A model generated the notes under the pieces. That model was not told where the DNA came from. It ran no database searches and was given only the letters and a program-made list of their open reading frames with translations. From assembly GCA_963730185.1 (NCBI GenBank), contig CAVSQW010000012.1, positions 96,001 through 160,000 on the forward strand: 64,000 bases of DNA. Reading direction: 5' to 3'. Origin of the DNA: an uncultured Gemmatimonadales bacterium. Its GTDB lineage: Bacteria; Gemmatimonadota; Gemmatimonadetes; Gemmatimonadales; GWC2-71-9. Both the position numbers and the translations under genes were made by a program. Positions within the stretch are counted from its first letter, which is position 1. Each line of letters opens with the position of its first letter. Shown piece after piece: positions 40,731 to 51,101 of this stretch.

Positions 40731-41863
40731 GGCTCGGGCTCCAGGACCTGGCAGTCCTCGGGGAGCCAGGCGGCGACGGCCCGGGCGCCGGCCCGCCACG
40801 GCACCGGCTTGATCAGCTGTCCTTCGTTGCGAAGGGCGACCTTCACCACCCCGCCGGCGTCCAACGCGACCAGGACGTGGATAGTCTCGCCGAGATAGAT
40901 CACGTCGCGCACGGTTCCGGGCAGGCCGTTCTCCTCGGGCGGCACCTGATCGGGCGGAAACACGTCCATCCACTCCGGCCGGATGGCAATGCGCACCTCG
41001 GCGCCGTCGGCCAGAGTCGGATGGTCCGGGACCAGGTATCGGGTCCCGTGTCCGGCCACCTCCCGGAGCACCTGCCCCGCCCGCCGATCGGTCCGTCCGT
41101 CGGCCCGTCCCACCAGCACGTTCGACTCGCCGATGAACGAGGCCACGAACTCGGTCCGGGGATCCTCGTACACTTCGGCCGGAGTGCCCAGCTGGGCGAT
41201 CCGGGCCTGGCCCATCACGGCGATCCGGTCGGACATGGTGAGGGCCTCCTCCTGGTCGTGGGTCACGTAGATGAAGGTGATCCCGAGCGACCGGTTGAGG
41301 GCCTTGAGCTCGAGCTGCATCTCCTTCCGGAGCTTGAGATCGAGCGCGCCGAGGGGCTCGTCGAGGAGGAGGATCCGGGGCTCGAGCACCAGGGCCCGGG
41401 CCAACGCCACGCGCTGGCGCTGCCCGCCCGACAGCTGCGAGGGCATCCGCCTGGCAAACCGGTCCGGCGCCAGGCGCACCAGGTCGAGCGCCCGCCGGAC
41501 CCGGTCGGGCACCTCGGCGCGGGGAATCCGGTGCTGCTCCAGGCCGAAGGCGACGTTCCGCTCGACGCTCAGATGAGGAAAGAGGGCGTAGCTCTGGAAG
41601 ACCATCCCCACGCCGCGCTCGTAGGGACGGAGCCGGTTGACGAGCCGACCGCCGATCCGGATCTCGCCGCCGTCGGGATCGGGACGCTCGAACCCGGCGA
41701 TCAGGCGGAGGGTCGTGGTCTTCCCGCATCCCGAGGGGCCGAGGAGCGAAAAGAACTCGCCCCCCTGGACCTCGAAGGACAGGTCGTCGACGGCCCGGGC
41801 CTCACCGAAGGTCTTGCTGACGCGGGCGAACTCGACCACCGCCCGGCGCGGGGTGTCGTCCAT
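40727..41863 (-). CDS. potA: Polyamine ABC transporter ATP-binding protein
   Basis: GPSGCGKT, LSGGQRQR, LLDEP, VTHDQEEA, TOBE domain. Confidence 0.95.
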   Translation of the reverse strand: MDDTPRRAVVEFARVSKTFGEARAVDDLSFEVQGGEFFSLLGPSGCGKTTTLRLIAGFERPDPDGGEIRIGGRLVNRLRPYERGVGMVFQSYALFPHLSVERNVAFGLEQHRIPRAEVPDRVRRALDLVRLAPDRFARRMPSQLSGGQRQRVALARALVLEPRILLLDEPLGALDLKLRKEMQLELKALNRSLGITFIYVTHDQEEALTMSDRIAVMGQARIAQLGTPAEVYEDPRTEFVASFIGESNVLVGRADGRTDRRAGQVLREVAGHGTRYLVPDHPTLADGAEVRIAIRPEWMDVFPPDQVPPEENGLPGTVRDVIYLGETIHVLVALDAGGVVKVALRNEGQLIKPVPWRAGARAVAAWLPEDCQVLEPEP

Positions 41864-43221
41864 CAGCCCAGCGCGGCGCCGACGGCGGTCTCGAGCACGG
41901 CGAGGCCCTCCTCGAGCACCGGGTCGTCGATGGTGAGCGGCACGAGCACCCGGACCACGTTCCCGAAGGTGCCGGCCGTGAGCAGGACCAGCCCCCGGGA
42001 CAGCGCCTCCGCGACCACCCGTTGCGCGAGGTCCTTGCGAGGCGCCTTGGTGTCCCGATCCACGAGCTCGATGGCCAGCATGGCCCCGAGCCCTCGCACG
42101 TCGCCGATGGCCGGGTGCTGGCCGGCCAGATCGCAGAGGGTGCGCCGGATCCGGGCGCCGACCTGGGCGCCCCGCTCGGGGATCCGCTCGGATTGCATCA
42201 GGTCGAGTACGGCCAGGGCGGCGGCGCAGGCGAGCGGGTTACCGCCGTAGGTTCCGCCGAGCCCGGCCGGGTGAACCGCCTCCATCAGCTCGGCCCGGCC
42301 GGTCACGGCTGCGAGCGGGAGGCCGTCGGCCAGCGACTTGGCGGTGGTGATCAGGTCGGGCACCAGGCCGTAGTGATCCGAGGCGAAGAGGCGACCGGTC
42401 CGTCCGAACCCGGTCTGGATCTCGTCGGCGATGATCAGGATGCCGTTTTCCCGGCAGAATCGGGTGAGGGTCCGGACGAACTCGGGGGGCGCCGGGATGA
42501 ACCCGCCCTCGCCGGCCTCGAGCTCCACAATGACCGCCGCGACCTGGCTCGGGTCCACGATCGGGGCGAGCGTCTCCTCCCAATACCCGTCGCGGGCCCG
42601 GCAGCAGGGGCCCTCGGCCCGTCCACCCGCCGGCCCGTCCACCCCTCCGGCTTCACACCGATAGCAGTACGGGAAGGGAACCCGATAGACCTCCGGCGCG
42701 AAGGGGCCGAACCCCTTCTTGTAGGGCATCGCCTTGGAGGTAAGGGCCAGGGCGAGGTTGGTCCGACCGTGGAAGGCATGCTCGAAGGCGAGCACCGCCG
42801 GACGGCCGGTCGCGTACCGGGCGATCTTGACGGCGTTCTCGACCGCTTCCGCGCCGGAATTGACGAGCAGGGTGCGTTTCGGGTGGTCGCCGGGGGTGAG
42901 CGCGTTGAGCCGCTCCGCCAGCGCGACGTACGGTTCGTAAGCGGCGACGGAGAAACAGGTGTGGACCAAGCGGTCGAGCTGTTCGCGGACGGCCCCGACC
43001 ACCGCGGGGTGCCGGTGCCCGACGTTCAGGGTGCCGATGCCGCCGGCGAAGTCGACGAGGCGATTGCCGTCGGCGTCGATCAGCACGGCGTTCTCGCCGC
43101 CGACGACGGCGAGGGCGCTCGCGGTCGCCACGCCGCGCGGCACCGCCTCCGCCCGTCGGCGGGCCAGGGCTCGGCTCTCGGGGCCGGGGACCTCGGTCTT
43201 GAGCTGGATGGTCGGGGTCAT
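41863..43221 (-). CDS. gabT: 4-aminobutyrate--2-oxoglutarate aminotransferase
   Basis: DFAGGIG, NSGAEAVENAVKIAR, FHGRT, YKKGFGP, DEIQTGFGRTG, AKSL, GGTYGGNP. Confidence 0.9.
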   Translation of the reverse strand: MTPTIQLKTEVPGPESRALARRRAEAVPRGVATASALAVVGGENAVLIDADGNRLVDFAGGIGTLNVGHRHPAVVGAVREQLDRLVHTCFSVAAYEPYVALAERLNALTPGDHPKRTLLVNSGAEAVENAVKIARYATGRPAVLAFEHAFHGRTNLALALTSKAMPYKKGFGPFAPEVYRVPFPYCYRCEAGGVDGPAGGRAEGPCCRARDGYWEETLAPIVDPSQVAAVIVELEAGEGGFIPAPPEFVRTLTRFCRENGILIIADEIQTGFGRTGRLFASDHYGLVPDLITTAKSLADGLPLAAVTGRAELMEAVHPAGLGGTYGGNPLACAAALAVLDLMQSERIPERGAQVGARIRRTLCDLAGQHPAIGDVRGLGAMLAIELVDRDTKAPRKDLAQRVVAEALSRGLVLLTAGTFGNVVRVLVPLTIDDPVLEEGLAVLETAVGAALG

Positions 43222-43364
43222 GGCAGTCGGGTGTCGGGTCTCGGCGGGAATGTGCGGCCCAGGTCCCCCGGGGGCAAGCGGCGCGGGAGCTCCAGCGGGC
43301 GTCTGGCCCGACCGGGGCCGACGGCGATAGGTTTGGAGCGACTCGCCCCCGAGCCGAGGTACCG

Positions 43365-44042
43365 GTGGCCCACTCGGTCTCCCGACATCTGAATCTCGCG
43401 ATCCAGGACTACGACGTCCTGATCCGCCGTTTCATCCCGAGCTACGATCGGATGCTGGACGAGGTGGTGGAGCGGATCGGCGCGGCCTCGCCCAGGCTGG
43501 TGCTGGACCTGGGATCGGGCACCGGGGCGCTGGCGGAGCGGTTGCTGGCTCGGATTCCGGGCGTCGTCGTGGAGCTCTGGGACGTCGACCCGGCAATGCT
43601 CGACGTGGCGGGCGAGCGGGTCCGCCGCTACGGCGAGCGCGCCCGCCCCGTACTCCGCTCGTACGACGAGGCGCTGCCGGCCGTCGGCGGCGTGATGGCG
43701 TCGCTCTCCCTCCACCACCTGCCCTCGATCGAGGCCAAGGCGGCGCTCTTTCATCGAATCGGAGCTGCCCTGGGGCCGGGAGGCGTCTTCGTCAACGGCG
43801 ACGTGACCATGTCGGCCGACCCGGCGGAACGGGCGGTCAGCTTCGATCGCTGGGAGGCCCACATGGCGACGCAAGCGATCGACGCCGCCGAGGCGCGAGG
43901 ACACTTCGCGGACTGGGCCGGCGAGGACACCTACCTGCCGCTCGACCAGGAGCTCTCGGCCCTCACCACCGCCGGGCTCGAGGCGGAGCTGGCGTGGCGG
44001 GACGATCCGCTGACGGTCATCGCCGGGAGGAAACCATCATGA
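43365..44042 (+). CDS. Class I SAM-dependent methyltransferase
   Basis: VLDLGSGTG motif I, SLHHL, PGGVFVNGD. Confidence 0.88.
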   Translation: MAHSVSRHLNLAIQDYDVLIRRFIPSYDRMLDEVVERIGAASPRLVLDLGSGTGALAERLLARIPGVVVELWDVDPAMLDVAGERVRRYGERARPVLRSYDEALPAVGGVMASLSLHHLPSIEAKAALFHRIGAALGPGGVFVNGDVTMSADPAERAVSFDRWEAHMATQAIDAAEARGHFADWAGEDTYLPLDQELSALTTAGLEAELAWRDDPLTVIAGRKPS

Positions 44043-44593
44043 TGGATCGACGCGATTGGCTCGCCGCGGTCGGGGCGGCGGTCTCGACCGCCATGCTGGC
44101 GCCGCTCACGCCGCTGGAGCGGATCGAGGTCGGTCGCCGGGTGCACGGGCTCGCGGCCGCGGGTCGAGCCGGCGTACTCGCCGATCACGAGCTGGCCCTG
44201 GTGGGGACCCTCGCCGATCTGATCATTCCCCGGACCGACACCCCGGGCGCCACGGACGTGGGAGTCCCGGCCTTCGTGGATTTCCTGATGGCCGACTGGT
44301 ACGACGACCGGGAGCGGAGCGACTTCCGCCGCGGCCTCGCCGGAATCGACGCTCGAGGCACCCAACGCTTCGGGGCGACGACCGACGGGCTCACCCCGGC
44401 TCAGCGAACGGAGCTGCTGACCTCGCTCGACGGAGCCCAGGGAGACGCCGCCAGCGCCGAGGGCGCCTTCGGGCGGCTCAAGTCGCTCACCGTCTACGGG
44501 TACTTCACCTCGGAGCGAGTCCAGGAGGAGGTGCTCCACACCGTGATCATCCCCGGTCGGTTCGACGGCTGCGTCCCCTTCCCCGTCCACTGA
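44039..44593 (+). CDS. Gluconate 2-dehydrogenase subunit 3 family protein (Tat)
   Basis: MDRRDWL twin-Arg; IIPRTDTPGA..GV..F.D; LK.LT..GYFTSE. Confidence 0.88.
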   Translation: MMDRRDWLAAVGAAVSTAMLAPLTPLERIEVGRRVHGLAAAGRAGVLADHELALVGTLADLIIPRTDTPGATDVGVPAFVDFLMADWYDDRERSDFRRGLAGIDARGTQRFGATTDGLTPAQRTELLTSLDGAQGDAASAEGAFGRLKSLTVYGYFTSERVQEEVLHTVIIPGRFDGCVPFPVH

Positions 44594-44606
44594 CCGGCAG
44601 CCGCCC

Positions 44607-46212
44607 ATGCAACGAGCGACGACCAGATTCGACGCGATCGTGGTGGGGTCGGGCATCACCGGCGGCTGGGCCGCCAAGGAGCTGACCGAACGGGGGCTCC
44701 GGACGCTGGTCCTGGAAGCGGGGCGCAACATCACCCCGGCCAAGGACTACGTCGAGCACGTCCAGGCCTGGCAGATGCCGTTCCGCGGCTACGGCGACCG
44801 GCGGACGCCGGAGCGCGACCAGCCGATCCAGAAGAACTGTTACGCCTGCGACGAGCTAGGCTCCCGCTTCTTCGTCAACGATCGCGAGAATCCGTACGTC
44901 TTCGACGAGGACAAGCCGTTCCACTGGATTCGGGGACGGCACCTCGGGGGACGGTCGATCACCTGGGGCCGGCAGGTGTACCCGCTGGAGCGATCTCGAC
45001 TTCGAGGCCAACCTGCGAGACGGCATCGGCGTGGACTGGCCGATCCGCTACGCCGACATCGAGCCCTGGTACGGCCACGTCGAGCGGTTCATCGGGATCT
45101 CGGGACAGGCGGAAGGGTTGTCGCAACTCCCGGACGGCGAGTTCCTCCCCCCGATGCAGCTCCGCTGCGCCGAGGAGGTGGTCCGGGACGCGGCCGCGAA
45201 GAAGTGGGGCCGGGAGCGGGGCTGCATCACCCACTCCTACTTCTCCAGCCTGGGCTCGACCCTCCCGGCGGCGCGAGCCACCGGCCGACTGACCCTCCGC
45301 CCGGACAGCGTGGTGGAAAGCGTCCTCTACGATCCCAAGCGTGGCCGGGCCCGTGGCGTGCGGGTGATCGACGCCGTGACGATGGCGGTGACCGAGTACG
45401 AGGCCCGGCTCGTGTTCCTCTGCGCCTCGGCGCTCGAATCCGCCCGGATCCTGCTCAACTCCACCAGCGAGCGCTGGCCGGCCGGACTCGCGAACTCGAG
45501 CGGCGAGCTGGGACAGAACGTGATGGATCACTGTTTCGGCGCGGGCGCGAACGGCGAGATCCCCGGGATGCTGGACCGCGACTCGTACGGCGCCCGTCCG
45601 AACGGGGTCTACGTGCCCCGGTTCCGGAACGTCACCCGGAAGCACCCGGACTTCGTCCGAGGCTACGGGTTCCAGGGCGGGGCCTCGCGCTCGGGATGGG
45701 GCCGCGGCGGCAAGGGCTTCGGCGCCGACTACAAGGAGAGTCTCATTCACGACAAAGGACCCTGGCGGATGGGACTCGGCGGGTGGGGTGAGATGCTGCC
45801 CCGGGCGGACAACTACGTGGCGCTCGACGCCACGCTCAAGGACAAGTGGGGGGTCCCGGCCCTCCGGGTCCACTGCACCCACGGTCCCAACGAGCGAGCC
45901 ATCCTCGAGGACGTGCAGCAGACCGCGGCCGAGATGCTCGACGCCGCGGGAGCGAAGAACATCTCGACCTACGACAGCCACCTGCCGCCCGGCCTCTGCA
46001 TCCACGAGATGGGAACCGCCCGGATGGGACGCGATCCGAAGACCTCGGTGCTCAACGGCCACAACCAGTGCCACGACGTCCCCAACCTCTTCCTGACCGA
46101 CGGCGCCTGCATGGCGTCCTCGGCCTGCCAGAACCCGTCGATCACCTACATGGCGCTCACGGCCCGGGCCGCCGCCTGGGCGGTCGGCCAACTCAAACGA
46201 AACGCCCTCTGA
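44607..46212 (+). CDS. GMC family FAD oxidoreductase (glycoside 3-dehydrogenase-like); frameshift near 44985 and apparent internal deletion near 45215
   Basis: GSGITGGWAAKEL, GGRSITWGR, DWPI.Y, IHEMGTARMG, QNPSITYMALTARA. Confidence 0.88.
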
Positions 46213-46214
46213 GG

Positions 46215-47042
46215 ATGCGACGCCGCGACCTGCTCCAGGCCCTGGCCGCGATCGGCCTCCTGCCCCGCTTCGGACGTCGGGTCGACCGGCTCGAGCGGAT
46301 CGGGATCCAGCTCTACACCGTGCGCGACCCGGTGGCGAAGGACTTCGAGGGCACGCTGGCCGCGCTCCATGCGATCGGCTTTCGCGAGGTCGAGTTCGCC
46401 GGCTATCCGAAGGGGCTGAGCGGCCCCGAGGTGGCGGCGATGCTGGGTCGGGTCGGTCTGACCGGGCCGTCGGCCCACATCGGGATGAGCGAGATCCGCG
46501 ATCGGTGGGAGGCGACGCTCGACTTTGCTCGGGCGGTCGGTCATCGCTACCTCGCGGTGGCGTCGGTGCCCGCGCCCGACCGGAGCTCGGCCGAGGCCTA
46601 CCGGCGGCTCGGCGCCGAGCTGAACCGGGCGGGCGAGGCCGCCAGGGCCAAAGGCATCCAGCTCTGCTACCACAACCACGACGTCGAGTTCGAGCGGTTC
46701 GACGGACGCCTGGCCTACGACCTCCTCCTCGAGGGCGTCGACGCCGACCTGGTGACGTTCGAGCTCGACGTCTACTGGATGATCCACGGCGGCGAGGATC
46801 CGGTGGCCTACTTCTCCCGGTGGCCGGGACGGTTCCCGCTGCTCCACCTCAAGGACATGGACCGGACGGCCGCGCGGGACTTCACCGAGCTGGGCCGGGG
46901 TCGAATCGACTTTGCCCGGATTCTCGTAGGGTCCAGGCAGGGTGGTGCTCGACACTACTTCTACGAACAGGACCGCACTCCGGGAGATCCGCTCGCCAGC
47001 GCCCGGGTGAGCTACTCCTACCTCGAGTCGCTACGCTTCTAG
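46215..47042 (+). CDS. Sugar phosphate isomerase/epimerase (AP endonuclease 2 TIM barrel), Tat signal
   Basis: MRRRDLL; GIQLYTVR, YHNH, ELDVYW, HLKD, YEQD. Confidence 0.88.
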   Translation: MRRRDLLQALAAIGLLPRFGRRVDRLERIGIQLYTVRDPVAKDFEGTLAALHAIGFREVEFAGYPKGLSGPEVAAMLGRVGLTGPSAHIGMSEIRDRWEATLDFARAVGHRYLAVASVPAPDRSSAEAYRRLGAELNRAGEAARAKGIQLCYHNHDVEFERFDGRLAYDLLLEGVDADLVTFELDVYWMIHGGEDPVAYFSRWPGRFPLLHLKDMDRTAARDFTELGRGRIDFARILVGSRQGGARHYFYEQDRTPGDPLASARVSYSYLESLRF

Positions 47043-47075
47043 ACTCGGGCTCGGCGCGGTCCGGGAGACCGCATC

Positions 47076-47990
47076 ATGGGCCCGTCGATCCTCTGGATAA
47101 CGCTCGCCCTCGCTTGGCTCGGCCAAGGCCCCCGCCCGCCGGAACCCGGCCGGGTGCGGACCATCGCCGACTCGATCCCGGTCGGCACCGGAGGGCTCGC
47201 GCTGGGCCCCGACGGCAACCTCTATCAAGCCGACTTCGGCGCGACCCTGAACCGGGGCCCGGTCGGCACCCGGGTAATGCAGATCCGGCCCGACGGTCGG
47301 ACGAGGGTGTTCGCGACCGGGTTCCGCGGCGCCTCGGGCAACACCTTCGATCCCGACGGCAACCTGCTCCAGTCGAACGTCGCGGGAAATACGCTGAGTC
47401 TGATCCGGCCGGACGGCACGGTACGCACCGTCGTCGATTCGGGCCTCGTCAACCCGGTGGGGGTGACCCGCGGGCCGGACGGCGCCTACTACGTGGCCAA
47501 TTGCGGCAACAACACGATTCGCCGGGTAACGCTCGAGGGCGCCTCGACCGTCTTCTCCACCGACTCCCTCCTCCAATGCCCGAACGGCATCACGCTGGCC
47601 GGTGACGGCAACCTCTACGTCGCCAACTTCAGGAACGGCGACGTGGTGCGAATCGACCGTCAAGGTCTCGGCTCGCGCCTGACAACGCTGCCCGGCCACA
47701 ACAACGGTCACCTGATCTTCGGAAACGGGGTGCTCTACGTCGTGGGTCGGAAGGCCAACCAGCTGTTCGAGGTCACGTTGGACGGTCGGTACCGCGCCAT
47801 CGCCGGCACCGGCGAGCGCGGGGGCCGGGACGGGCCGGCGGCCGAGGCCACCCTGTCCCTCCCCAACGACGTGGCCCTGAGCCCCGACGGCCTGACGCTC
47901 TACTTCTGCGAAGTGGCGGCCGCAGGGCCTGGAGACCAGGTTCTGGCGCCGACCCGGGTCCGAGCCCTGACGCTGCACCGGTCCCGATAG
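47076..47990 (+). CDS. SMP-30/NHL beta-propeller secreted protein
   Basis: Repeated P.G....DG.LYVA blades; signal peptide. Confidence 0.82.
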   Translation: MGPSILWITLALAWLGQGPRPPEPGRVRTIADSIPVGTGGLALGPDGNLYQADFGATLNRGPVGTRVMQIRPDGRTRVFATGFRGASGNTFDPDGNLLQSNVAGNTLSLIRPDGTVRTVVDSGLVNPVGVTRGPDGAYYVANCGNNTIRRVTLEGASTVFSTDSLLQCPNGITLAGDGNLYVANFRNGDVVRIDRQGLGSRLTTLPGHNNGHLIFGNGVLYVVGRKANQLFEVTLDGRYRAIAGTGERGGRDGPAAEATLSLPNDVALSPDGLTLYFCEVAAAGPGDQVLAPTRVRALTLHRSR

Positions 47991-48068
47991 GCGCTTGCCC
48001 CCGGGCAAAGACGGCGGCATTGTCCCTGACACCGGCGCCGACCGGCGCCGTCGCGTCAGGAGACCACC

Positions 48069-48927
48069 ATGCCCCCGATCAGCCGCCGGGCCGCGCTCGC
48101 CGCGATCGCCGGTTCCGCCGTCGCGCTGCCCCACGCCACCCACCTCGTCGCGGCGCCGGCCACGAGCCGACCCGGCCGACTCCGGCAGTCGGTGTGCCGT
48201 TGGTGCTACGCCGACCTTCCGCTCGACGAGCTCTGCCGGAACGCCAAAGCGATCGGGCTGAAGTCGGTCGAGCTCCTGAGCGAGTCGGAATGGAGCGTGC
48301 CGGCGAAGTACGGACTCACCTGCGCGATGGCCAACGGGCCGTCGACCATCCCGGTGGGCTTCAACCGGCCGAACGAGCACGACCGGCTGGTGGCCGAGTC
48401 GGAGCGGCTGCTGCCGCTCGTGGCGGCGGCGAGGCTGCCGAACATGATCGTGTTCTCGGGCAATCGCGGCGGGATGGGCGACGAGGAGGGGCTGGAGAAC
48501 TGCGTCCGCGGTCTGGGCCGGATCATCCCGACCGCCGAGAGGCTCGGCGTGACGGTGTGCATGGAGCTCCTCAACAGCAAGGTGGACCACAAGGACTACA
48601 TGTGCGACCACACGGCCTGGGGCGTGGAGCTGGCCCAGCGCGTGGGCTCGCCGCGGTTCAAGCTGCTGTACGACATCTACCACATGCAGATCATGGAAGG
48701 CGACGTGATCCGCACCATCCGCGACAACGCCCCGTTTCTCGGGCCACTTCCACACCGGCGGCGTTCCCGGCCGCCACGAGATCGACGACACTCAGGAGCT
48801 CAACTACCCCGCGGTGATGCAGGCCATCGCCGAGACCGGCTTCAACGGGTTCGTGGCGCAGGAGTTCATCCCGACCCGCGACCCGATGACGTCGCTCCGC
48901 CAGGGGGTCGCGGAGTGTACGGTTTGA
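48069..48927 (+). CDS. Hydroxypyruvate isomerase-family TIM barrel, Tat signal (frameshift near 48740)
   Basis: SRRAAL; QSVCRWC, MELLNS..DH.DY, LYDIYHMQI.EG, H(T)GGVPGRHE..QELNY. Confidence 0.85.
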
Positions 48928-48951
48928 CGGTGGACCGCTCCGGCGAGCGGG

Positions 48952-50286
48952 TCAGGCGAGTCGGATGGCCGGCGGGGCCGCGCGGGTGGCCACGAACCGG
49001 GCGACCTCGCGGTGTTGGGGAAACTCGGTGAGATAGGCCTCGCGCCACGCGATGAGGAGGCGATCGCGGTCGGTCGATGCGATCAGGGCCCAGACCGCTC
49101 CGCCGAAGCCCGCGCCGAAGGCCGAGGCGGCGACGGCGCCGAACTGGCGGGCCGTCCGGGCCAGGGAGATGGTTTCGGGAATCTGGTTGCCCAAGCCGCG
49201 CTCGGCGCCGGCCTGGGACGCCGCCACCACCTGGCCGAGCTCGGCGAGATCACCGCGGGCGAGGGCATCGGCGGCGGCCGGGATGAGCACCCGGGTCTCC
49301 CGGTCCAGCTGCTGGAGCCGGCGGAGCATCCGATCGCGGCGCTCCGGGTCGACCTCGCGGGTCGCGATGATCTCGCGAAACCGGTCGGCCGATTCGGGTC
49401 CCCGGTCGAGCGCCGCTCCCAGCGTGGGAGCACCGTCGGCCGCGTGGCCCACCACCGCCCAGATCTCGGCCGTGGTCCGGGCGATGGCGTTGTAGTGCTC
49501 CAGAGCCCGTCCAGTCTTCTCCGCCACCACCCCGCTCGACGCGATCACGAACTCGAACCCGGCCGGGAGCGGGACCGCGCCTTCGAAGCGGACCGGATCC
49601 CAGCCGTACCGCACCAGGGCCCCGGGGCGGGAGCAAAGGATGGCCGTCTGGTCCTGGCTCCCGCTCATGGTGCCGACGCCCTCGTACTCGTCGAACCCCC
49701 CGAACGGGCGGCCGCTCTCGAGGGCGCCGAGATATCCGGCCAGGTGCTCGAGGTCGGGAATCGCCGAGCGGAACCGCTCCGTCTCGCGGATCCCGGCCCG
49801 CTCCAGCAGCACCAGCGCCAGACCGACGACCAGGGCGCTCGAGCTGCTCACCCCGGCGGCCCGAGGCAAATCGCTGGCGAACGCGACGTCGGCGCCTTGC
49901 CAGGCGATCGGAAAGTCGCGAGCCAGGCGGCGGACAACGGTGATGGCGTAGTTGCCCCAGTCGCCGGGACGGGGCGGGACGGCGGGGTCGATCTCGATCC
50001 GCCGCGACTCGCCGGAGACGGCGTCGATCACCACCAGCAACGGTTCCGGCCGGGGGCGGGCGGCGAAGGCAATGCCCTGCTCCGTCGCGCACACCAGACT
50101 CCGGCCGCCGGCGTAGTCGGTATGCTTGCCGAGAAACTCGATCCGCCCCGGGGCGTGCAGGGCGATCTCGACGGCGCCAGGGTCGCCTCGCAGTCCGCTT
50201 CGCGCCCGCTCGAAGAGTGCCTCCCGTCGGCCGGCCTCGGCCTCGCCGAACCCGGCGGCGCGGAGGGCCGGGTCGAGAGTCGCCAT
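48952..50286 (-). CDS. Galactokinase-like GHMP sugar kinase
   Basis: APGRIEFLGKHTDY, P.AAGVSSSSA, SQDQ, AFGAGFGG. Confidence 0.88.
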   Translation of the reverse strand: MATLDPALRAAGFGEAEAGRREALFERARSGLRGDPGAVEIALHAPGRIEFLGKHTDYAGGRSLVCATEQGIAFAARPRPEPLLVVIDAVSGESRRIEIDPAVPPRPGDWGNYAITVVRRLARDFPIAWQGADVAFASDLPRAAGVSSSSALVVGLALVLLERAGIRETERFRSAIPDLEHLAGYLGALESGRPFGGFDEYEGVGTMSGSQDQTAILCSRPGALVRYGWDPVRFEGAVPLPAGFEFVIASSGVVAEKTGRALEHYNAIARTTAEIWAVVGHAADGAPTLGAALDRGPESADRFREIIATREVDPERRDRMLRRLQQLDRETRVLIPAAADALARGDLAELGQVVAASQAGAERGLGNQIPETISLARTARQFGAVAASAFGAGFGGAVWALIASTDRDRLLIAWREAYLTEFPQHREVARFVATRAAPPAIRLA

Positions 50287-51101
50287 CAGAGACGGACCTC
50301 CAGATGCTCCACCCGGCGACGGACCCGCTCGATGTCGGACCGGCTGGAGAGATCGAGCACGATTCCCCGCCAGGGAACGACCTGGAAACGGACCCCGAGC
50401 TCCGTCAGGGCCAGCATGACCGCGCTCTGGAGCTCGAGCTCCCCGCGGGGCGACGGGGTGATCCGCCGGCAGGCCTCGAAGATCTCCGGGCCGAACCGCC
50501 AACTGTTCATGCTCACCGGCGCCCCGGGCCCGAGCACCCGAGCCGTGGCCGGGTCGGGTTTCTCCACGATCCGCTCGAGCGCGCCGTCGGCGGCCACCTG
50601 GAGCAGGGCGTACTTCGCGATCCGCTCCGGCTCGATGTCGCCGCTCTCGATCAAGGCGGTCCGATCGTAGCCGATCAGCCCCGGGCCGTCGAGCTCGCCC
50701 AGGGCACGGAGGGCCCCCACCGGATAGAGGTTGTCGGCGTTGATCACCACGAAGGGATCGTCCCCCACCACGGGGCGCGCGGCCGCCACGGCGTCCGCGG
50801 TGCCGAGCGGCTCGGCCTGGACCGCGAAGGTCAGCCTGACCCGGTCGAGCTGGACCTCGGCGCCATAACGGCGCCGGAGAGGCTCGTGGTCGGGGGCGAC
50901 CACCAGGCAGACCTGGTCGAGGCCGGCCTCGGCCAGGCTGTGCAGCACGTAGTCCAGAAACGGGCGGCCGACCGGGACCAGCGCCTTGAGGCCGCGATCG
51001 GCCATGGCGGCCTGATCGGCCGTCAGCCTCACGCCTTCCGCGGCTTTCCGCATCCGGGTCCCCAGCCCCCGCGCCAGGACCACCGCCCGATCGGTGGTCA
51101 C
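50286..51101 (-). CDS. Sugar-1-phosphate nucleotidyltransferase (NTP_transferase family)
   Basis: VVLARGLGTRM, K.LVPV, Q.EPLGTADA, NADN, IVEKP, SPRGELEL. Confidence 0.88.
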   Translation of the reverse strand: MTTDRAVVLARGLGTRMRKAAEGVRLTADQAAMADRGLKALVPVGRPFLDYVLHSLAEAGLDQVCLVVAPDHEPLRRRYGAEVQLDRVRLTFAVQAEPLGTADAVAAARPVVGDDPFVVINADNLYPVGALRALGELDGPGLIGYDRTALIESGDIEPERIAKYALLQVAADGALERIVEKPDPATARVLGPGAPVSMNSWRFGPEIFEACRRITPSPRGELELQSAVMLALTELGVRFQVVPWRGIVLDLSSRSDIERVRRRVEHLEVRL

